63,603 nt of DNA, filler included, from Intoshia linei (GCA_001642005.1; 5 parts of 5 records of this genome joined end to end with filler, not necessarily neighbours in it), one strand, 5' to 3'. Shown: positions 13,932 through 28,170, counted from the first letter of the whole stretch. The notes: generated from the letters alone by a model not told the origin. Made by a program: numbers and translations.

Positions 13932-16415
13932 AAATTTTATTTACATGATTAAACGTGTCTATTTTGTGTGATACGTGTGTGCAGATATTAATTATAATGA
14001 AATTTGAAGATAACGATCCGATATTTTAGCAATTTGAAAACACAATGTATGTTAAGTTATTATAATTGTTATTATTGTAATTGGAAAATTCTTAATTAAA
14101 AATTGCGATGTTCAATTATTTAATAATTTGCTAATGTCAGACGCACCATATTCAACTTTTTAATAAATAGTTTATATTAGTAAGATTATTATTGGATTAA
14201 CAATGTCAATTAACACTAAGTAAGATTATTAGTAAAAATATTTTTTTATCAAAATGATTTGTAAAAAAAATAAAATATGTTTGAAATGAAATCTTAGCCC
14301 TCCCGTTTAGTAACTACGTTTCAATTCAAAATATTATTGTTTGAAAAAGTAAAGTTCAACCTTAACCACCAAAAAATTTGCTATATTCCAAAAAAATCCA
14401 TTAAATGGAAACATTACTATATAATTTTCAAAATAGTAGATTAAAATTTTAATTTATAAAGATCCGTAATAAATAATTTTAGAACTGGGAGATAATCATG
14501 CAAAAATTAAACTTGTTCAATCTGGGAGCAATGGTTGAAAATCTACGGTTTAATTAAAACGTTAAGCGCCTAGAATTTAAAAAAACTATTTAATGTACAT
14601 GTTAATAAATAGTAATATTATATTTTCATTTTGATCAAGGGTGTCAATTATGCGGCCCACGTTATAACAAATTTTTTTACCTATATTTCTTTTTTACATA
14701 TTTTTCATAGATTTATTTATTCCTGATTACAATTTTAGCATTAGTTATGCTCTTATTCCATTATTGTTTTTTATTTCATTTTTTAATTAATTTAAACCGT
14801 AAATGATTTAAATAAAAATATTTTTTGTCACATTTGGTTTGCCAAGAAAATTGAGTCTGACACCCCTTAATCAAGATTCTTGATTAATGATGATAATAAT
14901 GATTGATTATTAATGATCTGCAAATATATGTTAAGTGTAATTAAAATAAAAATATTTTAATTTTTTCAATGTAATAATGCAGTGGTTTTCGATTTAAATA
15001 GTGTATTCTCTTTGTTGTTGTTGTGTGTCTAGACTCTAGGCTTTGGGATAATCAACATCTAGAAACTCTGTAATAAATATTAAAAATTCTCTTATAAAAA
15101 TAAACAAGAGTTGATCAAAATATATTTATATTTTATTTGAATCTCACGGCCCAGGCATATAATTTTGGACTTAAAGCGGGAACCCTGTTATAAATTATAC
15201 ATTATTTATAAAAATTCTTAATTATAATAAATAAGTAATAATATAGTGATTTTCTATTGCAAATGTCGTTTTTAAAAATTGAAATAGAAATAGAATTTGA
15301 AACACTTAAATTACCTTTTTTTATTAAATTTTAAATTTAAAGAATTTAAAAAAAACATATATTCTGGGTCAGTTTTTAAATAATTTGTAATTTGCCAGAG
15401 TTTATTTTTTACATTACAATCAATTTGATTTTTTTCTAATTTATTAATTCAATTAAACTTTTTTTTCAACTTAAATTTCATCGCGGCACGAGGATAATAC
15501 ACATTCATCCACACTGTGGATTTCACAGTTATTTCTGATTTATTTGGTTATTTATAATTGAAACCAAAAAAAGATGTCGGGTACTGCAATTTGTGCCCTA
15601 ATAATGTAAAATGTATTACATATCCAAGATTATTGATTAACAATTTTATGAAATCGAATAACTTTGTACATATTGTTTACATTCTATAAAATAATTTTTA
15701 TAAAACAATAGCATTTAACATTTTTAGTCGGGTAAACTGAAATACAACTAAGCCTACATATATATGTATTACAAGTAAAATAGTTTAAACCTTAAATAGT
15801 AAGAGTATCGGTTACGCTGTTTATAAACTTAAATAAAATTAACTGAAAGTAGCAAAATATAAATTAATAAATACACAATATTTAAAACGCATTAAATTTC
15901 AAAACACCATCCATTAGTGTTTCGGGCGAGTGAACCTGTATAATGAAACAATGTAGTCTAGAAAATTGAATCAGTACAATAATCGATTGGCGGAGCAAAA
16001 ATATTAATTAATTTATTCGGCATTTTTCTACTACTACCAATATCTGTTTTGGTTTCATTGTCAGGTATCCACGCAGAGTTGGATTTTTATTGCATTATCC
16101 GGCATACTGTTAAAAATAAATACAAAACATTGAGCCTCATGTGCATTCTATTATGTAGAGTTGAGGTCTCTTTTTGGTTTTTTATTATATAAATACACTT
16201 AATACTATTTACGTTTAATCTATCAAAATGAATCTACCAATTAGGTAATATGACTGCATTTGCAATCTGTTCCTGCTAAATTGAAAAGTTTGATTACTTT
16301 GATAGTGTTCCCGATCAAAATTTATTAAAGAAGATAGTTTTTTAATTTACTCAAACTAAACGCACCATAATACTCAGTATTGATATTTGCGTTTCAAAAT
16401 TAATAAAAAAATTAC

Positions 16416-17541
16416 ATGGACGCGTTTACTGATAATGAAGTATCTCCGTTTCCTTACTATTCCAACGAAAACGGTTTATCTAAAATTGAAACTGACCCAA
16501 AAAAATATGATGAAGGAAGTATGTCTCTTATTGGCGAATGTCCCATTTTTTGTGATGTAGCATTAGCTAATGGTAATTTTAACTCTACGGATGTGAATTC
16601 GTTTGATATGTTTCCTGGACCAAATGAGCAATATAAATACGTTGAATGTGATACAAAATCATATTCAAATACAAATTCAAATTCTCGGTCAAACTCGAAT
16701 CCAAATTCAGATTCAAATCCCAACGGTAATTACATGTCAAATTTTGAAAATGAAGAAATAAATTATGGCCAAATTCAACCACATCAAATACATCAATATG
16801 ACCAATCGGTTGTTCATGTCCCACACCATGACCCCCAAAATAAAAGACACAATTACCATTTTGAAAAAGATGAAAATCTTTCAAATTACTCCGACAGAAA
16901 TTCCAACATTAAATATTCACCAAATAAATCTTTACCAAAAAAAATGAATTGCAACGACCCATCTCAAAGTCCCGATAATTTAGAAAAGGAAAAGAATGAT
17001 ATTCTTTCAGATTTATCATGGCTAAGTTGCGTTGGCGCAGTAAATATCGACTCTAATGAAGAAAAATCTGAAATAATCAATGCGAAGCGTGTCAAATTGG
17101 GTGACACTGGAGATCCAGATCAAAAATCCGTTCACATAATCAAAATTAAATCAAAAGAAAATATTTCAAATAATCAAAATACTGAAAATTCACATTTAAT
17201 TAGAGGTTATCCACGCAACAACAGACGATCATTTGCTGGTGCAAATGGTCGTAATCAAAATTTGATATTACGTTCAGGTTGTTTGAGTGATCGATTAAAA
17301 GTTGATTTACCAGAATTTAACATTGATCGAGATTTTTACAAATATATTAGTAATATTAAACCACCGTTTTCTTATTCAACTATTATTTGTATGGCTATGC
17401 GGGAAACAAGGAATAAGAAAATGACGTTATCGGGGTAAATTATTTTTTCTTGATTAAATATTTTATTTGTGTTTTTTTAGCATTTACAAATGGATTGTGG
17501 ACAATTTTCTCTATTTTAGAATGGCTGATCAGTGTTGGCAG
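16416..17541 (+). CDS. FOXJ1: Forkhead box J1 transcription factor, 5' part (exons 16416-17434 and 17481-17541); rest lies beyond contig end
   Basis: KPPFSYSTIICMAMRETRNKKMTLSG|IYKWIVDNFLYFRMADQCWQ matches the FoxJ1 forkhead N-half (KPPYSYATLICMAM...IYKWITDNFCYFR.AD..WQ). An upstream LSDLSWL motif resembles FoxJ1 LTxLxWL. A donor follows WQ. The NSIRHNLSLN exon was not found before the linker at 20931. Confidence 0.88.
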
Positions 17542-17619
17542 GTTAATTTTAATTTTATAATTATACTATAAAGTACACATGATAATAATCATTTATTTAA
17601 TAATCAACCCTGATTATAA

Positions 17620-18032
17620 GGAATAAGAAAATTAACATAAGTTGCTTTTTAAAAATTTACAATTTGCAAATGTTAACAAACAAAAAATTAAGATGGAATT
17701 CAATTCAATAATTAAACTGTAAAATAAAAAATAATGTGATATGACGGTTCCACCTGAAACAAGTTTGGGAACCACTCCTTTAAAGAGATTGATAATAGTG
17801 AATAGTAGGATTTTTAAGTTAGATTTTCAACGTGAATTTATTTTTTAAGTATAATAAAAATGTGCTCTCGGCAGAGCTAGGTCCTGTTTGTACGTAGTAT
17901 GTAAATTTATTTTTTGGTAGTATAAAAATGTTCCCTCGGTAGAACTAGGCTACGAATTGTTTTAGTAGAATAAAAATGTACTCTCGGCAGAGCTAGGCGC
18001 TCTTAGTACATAGTACATAACAGTCAACCTAG
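17620..18032 (+). mobile_element. Helitron 3' end with triplicated subterminal motif, in FOXJ1 intron
   Basis: Matches the reverse complement of 45258-45500. Three copies of taaaaatgt.ctctcgg(c/t)agarctagg precede the terminus ACATAACAGTCAACCTAG|T. Confidence 0.8.
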
Positions 18033-20930
18033 TCTATAGTATATACTATATAGTATATGTAATTATTTTAAGTTAACCTACAAACAAAACATTAAATTTT
18101 ACAAATTGACACCTTGACGGTCAAAAAATCACTTTAATATTGATTTTTTTACACTCATTGTATATAATCAATTCCAAAAGCAGTCTTAAAATTAAAAAAT
18201 CTGACCTCGACAAAGCTAGTTGCTGTTTGTACGAGGTACATAACATGAAGCTATATCAAATAAAATTTAAAATTAATTTAAAATGCGACTCAAGGAAATT
18301 TTTATAGTCATATTTTATAGTTATTTTTTATTGTGATTTTTTTACTGTCTATTTTAGTTGATTTATCATGTATCACTGGATTAAAGTTAGAAATGAATAT
18401 CTAATTAAGGAAATTAGGAATATACATAGATAGATAGATGTATAGTTAAATGAAATGGATTTAAATTGAAATTTACTTACATTTTAAAATCATTATTATG
18501 AAACTGACATAATTATAAAATAAAAATTGAAATATACTTAAAATACGCAAGTAAAGTGTTTTAAATGTTTGAATAGTATCCATTACAATTTATTAATAAA
18601 TCGATATTATTGTAATGTAATGTTATTTTTTAAACCACATCGCATTTTTATGCAAATCCATCGATTTTTAAAATAATTTAGTTTTAAATTAATTACGATT
18701 TTTCCTAAAATGGTATAATGAACATTTAATTTTATATTATACGAAAATAAATTCAAAAATTAGAAAAAATATCATGGATAAACAATGTTTATTAAACATA
18801 TATCAAAATTCGTTTTTGGACAGCAATATTTGGATTTCAAAGATTGACATTTTTCCTCTAAAACATCTATATATAATATAATAAATCAACTGGAATAAAC
18901 TGTATTAGGCTAATCTTTTTTGAAATTATAGGACAAATAATTAATTAAAAATAAGTAGTAAAGTACGTTTTTGACCGTGGAGACGTTAATTAGGAGATTG
19001 GGGAAAAATTTTTATGTGCTAACTGAAAAATCTATTAGTTATGATTTTTTTTTAAATTCTAGGAGTTGAATTTTTTCATTTTTATTAAATAATAGGTAAT
19101 TAATATAATTGTATTAATTATAATACTAATTGGAATTTTTGGCCGTGAAAATTCAAATTTCTAAGATTAGAATTGGCCTTGTTTTCTGTACTGTAAAAAA
19201 CTAACTGAGAATTTGTGCTTTCTAAATAACTGGTTACAGAAGACGTACATTTTTAAACTTTTACTCTATATAAGTAAGGGTGTGTGAGTAATGCAGAAAT
19301 CTAATTTTTTATTAATAAAAATGTAAATTTATTTTTTCTTGCCATCTAATTATTAGATTCTAATGCCTGGGAAAATTCATGTAATTAAAAATTATTTTAT
19401 TTTAACTTATTGTAACGATTACCAAATATCTATTAAAAGTGGCAACTAATACAATTTAGTATAATTAAAACTAGAATCACGTGTAAAAAAGAATGCAGGG
19501 AAGAAATACATCTAAGATACGCAAGTAAAATTGATACAATCGCTAATAATAATATAAATAATGATTAATTTAATATTTACAATTTACTAAATATTAATTT
19601 TAATTGATATAATTTATTAAGTATTAATTGATTAATAATAAGAAAAGAGATGTGCACAAGAAGTGTGACAAAAAAATAGACAAAAAAGACTTACATATTA
19701 TTATACCCTTTTTTCCTTGTACTCCTGCATTAAAATTGACGAATTAACATATAATGTCAACATTTTTAATGTTACCTTTTAAACTTTAAACTTTAAACTC
19801 GATTTATGCAAAATTGTGATTATCCAAATGCTATTGAAGATTCTATTTACATAGTTAATAGAACAATATAAATTTCGTAAGTATGATTTATGATATAAAT
19901 TGAAAAAAAATTGTATCATATACTAAATATTAATATCCTTTTGTGTGAGTCAATGAAAACTATTTTACTTCTACATTTATTCTGAAATGTGAGTCGTTTC
20001 AGAAATTACATTTCATATTTCCTAATAATATTTATGTTTTTTCAAATAATATATAAAAAAATAATAAATTAAAAATTTTGCTGTATGTTAATTAATTTAC
20101 TTGAATTAAATTTCTTTATATTTTAAAGTATTTGAAAAATGTAAAATTTGACACAATAACATGTCTAGACAATATATCGTTGTTGTGGTATTTTTGGGAA
20201 TAAGTAGAATTTTTTAAATAATAATGTAGCGATTGTATAGGCTTTGAGATAAATTCACAACATCTGGCAATTCTGTTATATTTATTAAAAATTATCCTAT
20301 CAAAATAAACAAAAGTTTATTAAAATTTTCTATATTATGTTTGAATCTTACTGACCCCATGCTTATAGTTTTGGACCCAATGGGTCCAGGACAGCCAATC
20401 GGGAACCAATGCATTAAGATAGTATATTTTTATAAGTTTTGTAAATGAAGCGTTTCAGTTTTGCTTTGTTTTTTTGTTTGTATATTTCTTTACAACAAAT
20501 TCTAATGTTTATACATTTTATTTAAAATCACAATTATCCTTTGTTTCTCAATGAAACTATATTATGTTGAATAAAATTTCCGAACCAATAAAAAATGCGA
20601 ACTGCTATTTTCCATTTATTGTGAATATATTTTTTTTCATACATATATGTTTTAAGTGTTGTTTTGATGTTTTTAGTCTTTGTATTTATTTTATTCTTAT
20701 ATTTTGTTTTATTTAAAATTTAAGAATATAAATTTGATTTAAATTTTATAATTGCACGTCACATATTATTGATACAGTCTCGGTTCGTGTATTATCAATG
20801 TCATTAGTGTGAATAAATTTAATTATAATTAATACATTGTGTTTATACATTGTATTTATAACCAAATATTTATATAATTACAATAAATAACCAATATATG
20901 TAATGTATGATGTACATTCTACATTGTGTT

Positions 20931-21030
20931 NNNNNNNNNNNNNNNNNNNNNNNNNNNNNNNNNNNNNNNNNNNNTTAATTAATTAANNNNNNNNNNNNNN
21001 NNNNNNNNNNNNNNNNNNNNNNNNNNNNNN
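20931..21030. other. Artificial contig linker N44-TTAATTAATTAA-N44 (also 26041-26140, 49141-49240, 62338-62437)
   Basis: Identical 100-nt spacer occurring four times. The 12-mer places stop codons in all six frames. Confidence 0.97.
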
Positions 21031-22134
21031 TAGGCATTGAACGTATTTATGTTAAATTAAAATATTTATTTCAAAATTACAAAATTATAAGCATATTATA
21101 ATGATGTTCAAATGGAACAATTTTGGCATTAATTGAGTATTGCATCTATGTCATTAAAAGTACTATGTGATGTTGCTTTTATCCAAAATATTTGTCAAAG
21201 TGGACGTTTTTTATGTGCGATTCGACATTCAATTTTAAACTTAGTTTGTGTATAACAAAATATTTTTCTATAAATTGGTACCACGAAACTTCTTTACAAA
21301 GGGTTTATCAAAATTGTTCTATCTTTTAAGATTTTAATATAAATTTAAACGGTTGACACAGTATTTAGTGGTCTCAGTTTTCGAAGCGGTTCTATTTTTA
21401 TTATAACATAAAATAGGGAATAGTTTATTTAAATAAGATGGAATTACGAAAGAAATATTATAATAACGAAACACTTGGAATATGTAAATTAAAATTATAT
21501 TGGCAACCCTCACAATAATTTGGTAACAGATATAATATTCAAATTTCCCTTCAAAATCTGTCATAAAATTACTCTTATAAATGGTCATATCTTCTAAATT
21601 ATATGTAATTCATATATGCGTTGAATAAAATTTAAATATAATTATCGAATGTGCAATTAAGAATTATATCATGAAAAAAAATTTCCCGAATATATTGTGA
21701 AAAATTAATTTAACTATTGCTTCTTAAAAATGACTTAAAAGTTATTTTAACAAAAAATATCTAATAAATTTTGGTATATTATGGAATCTCTGTATTGACC
21801 ATATTTATTGAATTATAGACATAGAAATTAAATCGTTAATAAAATCCAAAAAAATTAAGCTAGAAACAAATTTAAAAAAATAAACTGTATAACTAAACAT
21901 GGAGAACAGTATTATAAAGGCGGTACCACGTTTAAAATCTCAAACGCCGATTTCCGTTTAAATAAAGTTCAGTTTTAATTTAATCATAATATTTATACAG
22001 TGATATTTAAAGTGACAAACGCAACTCGAATAGATAGCGTTAAATATTTTTGATTGCGAATTAGTTTTTCTATTTTAAAAGTACACACTTTTAGTGCTAA
22101 TTGCCCTTGATTCTTTGATGGGTGTGACACCCTA
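21031..22134 (+). mobile_element. Second, deleted copy of the hATm-like element
   Basis: 21031-21083 is nearly identical to the reverse complement of ~52741-52791 (GIERIYVKLKYL). About 21630-21665 and 22005-22134 match 53232-53427 and end in TGTGACACCCTA. Confidence 0.7.
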
Positions 22135-22284
22135 ATGTATATAGATTAGGTTACATTACAATTACTATATGATATTAATTTAAAATCAAAATATGTAACC
22201 AAACAGTTACGTTGTACAGAAATTCTACTGTAGCTTAAGATTAATAATAATAAAATAATTATAGTGTATAGTAATGTGTAGAAA

Positions 22285-22528
22285 CAGGGCCGTGGAGAAG
22301 AGCTATATGGCGCGAGCCTACTATCAAGATGGATCTACTTTTTTAATTTATTAATAGGTAATATTGGAAAATTTTTTAAGTATACCAAAATTATCGTATA
22401 ATAAGATGTCCTATGCGATTTACAACGGTTATTTTTAATTTTTAGATAATGAACGAACGATTAAGCAATGTATAGAGGTCCTTTTTTTTAAAAATTATAG
22501 GGCCTATTGCTGACTCTCCAGGGCCCTG
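22285..22528. mobile_element. hAT-type MITE (244 bp)
   Basis: TIR CAGGGCC(G/C)TGGAGA. Flanks TGTAGAAA / TGTACAAC (6/8). Confidence 0.72.
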
Positions 22529-24116
22529 TGTACAACATCTGTTTTTATAAATAACTTGTAAGATTTGAATTGTCATCGAATTAGAAATGGCATTAATTAA
22601 ACCTTATTTAATATTGACCCATGCGGATATAATGGTTAATTATAATCTATCATTGTATAATAAATTAACTAGATAAATAAATAATAACTAGGTTTCAATC
22701 TGTCCGTCTTTGCAGAAAAAAGCATAGAATAGATGAATTTTAAAAATAATACTATAATGTCTTTTTGGTAATTATGAATCCAACTATCCAAAAAAATATG
22801 CTGAAAACTACATTAATAAATCAATAAATTACTGATATATTAATACGCATCATAATGTTCGACCCAAGTTTATAATGGTTGTAAATTGAAATGTGTCGAC
22901 ATTGTCAATGTCAAAAATAACATGTTGGCTATTATTGTTTTTTACTAATTTTTTTAATATTTGAATTTATTTTAGTTGTTTTCTATGTCGCGCAATTGAT
23001 TTTATATAAATGGGTATAAGCAACAGCCAAAATAGTTAATTGCCCGTGAATTACGGATAAATCATATTGATCTATAAATTTATATTTTTGAATTGAATGT
23101 AATATGAATTCGAAATTAAAATTAAGATACATTTGAATAGCATCGGTTAATATTTCGAAATGTAAACAAATTTTCGTTTGGCGTTACTCTCTTTGAAGCT
23201 TATAAATTTAATTACAGATTAATGAATATCTGGATTAATTTTTTTTGGTAATCTAATAAACAGTGATACAATGTTTGTTTCAATTGTTAAAATTAATCTT
23301 CTTATCCTAATCCACAGCCTTAAGAATATTAAATTGTGGTACAATTCTAAATTAAATAATCCTCTCCTTGATTATATATAAATTAATATACTTTCATGTA
23401 TCAATTGACCTTTGATTTTTAATTCGTTTGTAGTCTAAACAAAATACTCAAGTATAAATGTAAACGTATATTAAATTACAAGGTCGTTGATATTTTTAGT
23501 AAACTAATTTGCCTCGTCTATTAAAGGTTTTAATAACCAATTACCAAATTTGTACAATATTATATCGATTTAAAATTACTACCCTATTGATTAAATTAGA
23601 AAAGTAATTTTCGGTTTGAATCAATAACATTGAAATTGAAATGATACATCATGCTAATAACAGATGGATTGTCTTTTATATTTATTTTTTATTTGGTTCT
23701 TTATGGATAATTAATGAAATACTAAATTGCAATTTTTAATGTACATATTTAAAAATAAACATTAATTGAAATGTCCAATAACACGTCTAGAATACTCAAC
23801 ATGGATATCAACACATGGAATATGTCCTCAATTAGGATTATTATGTGAATTAATGACACGCCTACATAAAAATTCATTATATGTAGCGGAATTGTAATTA
23901 ATTTCATTTTAAAAAAATAGGAGTAAATCAATATGCATTAACGGTAATTAAAAAATAAAAATTGTGTAACTTTGTGCACACATTTTCCGACAAAATTTGA
24001 ATTGGACTAATAACACAATAGAGTCGATAAACCTTAAGTATTCATAGTGTATTTCAATTATATTTCATAACGGAAAAGGAAGGAATATATACAAAATTAT
24101 TACAATTTTAGATAAC

Positions 24117-24282
24117 ATGAATAAAAACAATTTTTACCCTAAAATAAAGAAAGACACTACAAGTAATATGCAATACGGTCAAAACGATATCCTATCTGGT
24201 GAGTGTTTAATTATAATTTCTCAATTTAGTTTAGATCCATACAAGATATTTTCTTCTATTTCATCAAGACTGTCTAGTACAG
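24117..24282 (+). CDS. Small spliced gene fragment of uncertain identity (exons ~24117-24198, 24235-24282)
   Basis: Strong GTGAGT donor at 24199, a 36-nt intron and a GTAATT donor at 24283. The product MNKNNFYPKIKKDTTSNMQYGQNDILS|DPYKIFSSISSRLSST has only a weak resemblance to the AP-2 motif P.EVFCSVPGRLSLLSST. Confidence 0.4.
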
Positions 24283-26140
24283 GTAATTATTTTTTTATAA
24301 CACGCGTTTAAAATTAATGACTTATCAATAAAACAACGATTTAAACGAGTAATTCAATTAATATATAATTTTATCAAAAGCAAACATTTTGTTCAAAGTG
24401 CCCCCTGTCGAGTGTCACGGCAAAATATTACTATGAATAATTCAATCACTTGTAGGATTCGAATTCAGAAAATCATTGCAATTAGCTTGATTCATTTCGC
24501 AAATTATCATAGTTGATTTTAAAATGAAACGTGAAATATGATTAACATATACAACTGTTATAAATAGTGCAATGTCTTGTGGAGTTTCTGGAGTTTTAGA
24601 CTACAATTTTCATAAACAAACCAATAATTATACATACATTTTTGATATGTTCCAATGTTATCTTAATTTTTATCATTCATCATCATCAAAGAATATCATT
24701 AAAAATATTTTTTTTAAAATGGCAATTATTGTCAATGTGAAATAGTTACGAAATGCTGTAGTTTCGGACTGATAAAAAGAATTTTCATTTAAAATCTTTT
24801 AAAAAGTTTGGCAAGAAAATTATTTGATTTCGACAAGGGTTTTCTTAATTTGTATAGAATCTTTGAGAATATAATAAATTATTTTCCGCAATGTATAAAT
24901 AAATTGATAAAACAATTAAATATGTATTTTTGAAATACTAGATAATCCGCATACGGATCCAACTGTGCAATGTTTTAATTAGAATTACAATAATTATTTC
25001 AATTTTTTTAAAATATAATAAATAATTATAATAGTGATAGTAAAAAGTTGTAAATGTCATTTTGTGTATCGGTAACATTTTCTCGTTCAAATATTTTGAT
25101 AATTTGAATTTTAGTACTCACTGAAAATTACGCCAGTGTGATTTTGGGCTGTAAAGGTGAAGGATAATGATTTATTTAGTTTTTACACTGGTCAACTTTG
25201 ATTATAATTATCCCTCGATAGATCAACGAAAATAATACTTGATGATAAACATCGAATTAGTTTTTTTAAAAAATTAATTATTTTAACAATAAAGATAATT
25301 TGTCAGTTTTTAAAGGAAAAATGCCAATATTAAAGTATTATCATTTAGTTAAATGACAGTTTGCAAGTTGCAACCGTATCATACTTTTATTTACCAATAT
25401 GATGAAGCCGGCTTCTCAGTCATAATTATTTATGTCTCTAATTAATTAAAAAATTTAAAGTAAATTAAAGTTTTGCCATTAGTAAAAACAGAGTAAATTT
25501 AAAAAATCATTATTGAATATTCTTCTTAATTAGATCTAGATATTATAATAATAATAATTACTCATAATATCATAATAATTTCAACATTTCATCCAATATT
25601 TACAGTGTAGATTCTACATAACATTATCAACTTTTATTTTCTTAATATCAAATTGCATAGATATTTGACTATCAGTAAACATTATATTATAGACGAACAT
25701 ATATTATGTAGTTTCAATTTTTACATAAAATAGCTTGACTTGTTTGTACTTTGTACAAAAAGTAGCTAGCTCCGTAGAGGAAAAATTTTTTTAATTTTAC
25801 GCAAAACTTAATATTAAATTGAACATAACACACATTTCAATATTAGCACAAATAGTTTTATTCACTTTTATGAACCCTACATAGCTAGGGTTCAAAACAT
25901 TTTTTACTGTGGACCATTAAACTATACATAATGTTTAATAAACGGAAATTAATGTAAGGTAGGATTTACTTTAAATAATCGATTAGTGTATTAGGTCGTT
26001 TCATAAGTAATGTCGTTTTTTTAACAAAATTAAAAAGTTTNNNNNNNNNNNNNNNNNNNNNNNNNNNNNNNNNNNNNNNNNNNNTTAATTAATTAANNNN
26101 NNNNNNNNNNNNNNNNNNNNNNNNNNNNNNNNNNNNNNNN

Positions 26141-27077
26141 GATCCACGATCGTTAGCCCATATCTCGTTTCTTCAGGGACGTAAGACATAGGCCTAACTA
26201 AATCAATTCCGAAGACAAGAACCGTACCTTCAGAAATTTTAGTTTTTATAGTTTCAAATGCATGTTGACATTCATGAGAACAATGAAATATCTAATTTTT
26301 CCGTGTCAAGTTAAATAAAAGAACACATAATATAGAAAAATTCCTTATGAATTTAAAATAATACGTTGCCATTCCAAGTAAAGATTTAATTTCCCATTTG
26401 TTCTTTGGAGTAGGTAAACTTAACAGAGGAGATATTTTGTCAGTATCAATTTTTACTCTATTTTTATCTAACACTCGACCCAATATTTTTATGCTGTCCT
26501 TAGCCAAGTCGCATTTATCAACATTCAATACTATATTGTAATATTTAAGCCTTTCTAAAACAATTTTCAATATTTTATCATGCCGATTTTTAGTGTTTGC
26601 AAAAATTAGAATATCATCCAACATACAGGCTACATTATTAATTCTTTTCAATACTTTTTCCTTTTTCTTCGTCATAACCAGTTTATTCATACAAATTACG
26701 TATCTGCTCAAAATATATATCGAAATTTTCGTCATTTCTTTTTTCAGCTTTCAAAAGTTCCTGCCTTTTTATTAAATGGTTGATTATTTGCCAATTCTTA
26801 ATATTTTCAATCATTTCTTCATATGTTTTAAGAGATTTTAATCTTCTTGACCCTTCCGGTCCTACTCAACATTTTAACAGTGCGATTTTTTTAATTTTTG
26901 TAACGTCATCCCAATGGATGATTACAAAATTTTCGAATTTTTCAATCCATTCAGTTATATCCATAGATAATTGACCTGACAACAACAATAATGCTTGTGG
27001 TTTTCCAACTTCTGACACCAATGTAGAGTTTTGCATTTTAAGTCAAGTTTACAATAACTTTATTATAATAATGTACA
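26141..27077 (-). mobile_element. Internally deleted Ty3/Gypsy LTR retrotransposon remnant (LTR end, PBS, gag N-terminus, RT C-terminus/connection)
   Basis: On the minus strand an AATAAA-containing LTR tail ends ...ACA at 27022, followed by the PBS TGGTGTCAGAAGT (27008-27020). Next come gag-like WIEKFENF...KKIALLKC*VGPEG and the RT segment LDDILIF...KC...IKILGRV...PTPKNKWEIKSLLGMATYYFKFIRNFS (26292-26735). Stops and a large internal deletion are present. Confidence 0.88.
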
Positions 27078-27501
27078 ATCATAGTCTTGGATACCACAGA
27101 AATATTTTATTAAAACAAAAAATGTAAAATAATTAAAGGTTCGAAAATTAAAAAAAAAAATTATTCTGATAGAGCTTATTCCAGTCAAGGACAGCTTAAA
27201 CCAGGACGGAATACGAGACATTCTAGTAAAAGGATTGTAGGCGGATTTTTATTTTTGCTCTAAGATATATAATAATATGTTTGTCATCGGAAATTACTCT
27301 TTCATCGAATACAAACTTGTCCATATTTCGTAAAAATAAAAAAATAACGCGCTTACAGTAAATATTCGTAAAGATGTAGTGATTTATAATAAAGTTAAAA
27401 TAAAAACGACACTTCTGATGAAACGAGCTAATAAATAACAATACTACCGCGTTTAACATTTAAATAAAATTTAATCTTTTTTCAACTATTTTCTACTTAT
27501 T

Positions 27502-28170
27502 ATGCCACGAAAGTGTTCCTCAGCAAATTGCCGTACCAATTATGATGAAAGATCTGAGAAGGTAAAAATATGGATTTCCATCTAATGAAGAGGAAAAAGT
27601 AAAATGGATAAGTGCCATGCCTAATGTTTTTTCTGATGGTGTTACAAAATATATGTGTGTGTGAGAAACACTGGCCGGAGAATTATCCTACTAAAAAAGT
27701 ATATGGTAGATTTAGGCCAGTTAATTCTCCTTCAATATTTGATGTTCCTTCAAGCTATGTAAGATAGATTGATTCAAAAATTGATAGACAGTTTAGTAGT
27801 AGGAATATTTCAATTGAAGATAGCAACTCAAAGGATGAGCTTTCTGAATTTCAAGCCATGGATACCTTTCCTCTTAATTGGCAAGTTTTTTCTACTGATT
27901 TGATCATAAAATATCAAACAGATTATGTAGTAAAATAAATAATGACAAATTGATTATCATGAATTTTTTGAATTCGACGATAGTATTGCACCAAAAATTG
28001 ACTTTAGTTTAAAAATTAACAGACAATTCAGGATAATCAGGGCTTTTAAATATAGCTCCAAGGTTGTTATTCCGTATTTTATGTTAGGTTTCAATCGGAA
28101 AATGAATAAATAGAGTCAACTAGATGCAGTTTTACACATTTGTTCAACTTCAAAACCAGATTACATTACT
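27502..28170 (+). pseudogene. THAP zinc-finger transposase remnant (P-element/Galileo-like N-terminus), frameshifted
   Basis: MPRKCSSANCRTNY...FPSNEEEKVKWISAMPN...CEKHWPE...RPVNSPSIF shows the THAP signature C-x4-C, FP, W, C-x2-H(F/W) and a terminal PSIF box. It has two frameshifts and stops downstream. Confidence 0.8.

Noticed and set aside
16457-16884. Antisense ORFs with FE/FD dipeptide repeats over FOXJ1
   Set aside because: Shadow of the sense Ser/Asn hexamer repeat (TCAAAT-like), with no independent evidence of coding.
20931-21030. Recurrent TTAATTAATTAA inside N runs as a biological motif
   Set aside because: Identical 100-nt spacer with six-frame stops at all four gaps, so it is a concatenation artefact. 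Adjacency across these linkers carries no information.
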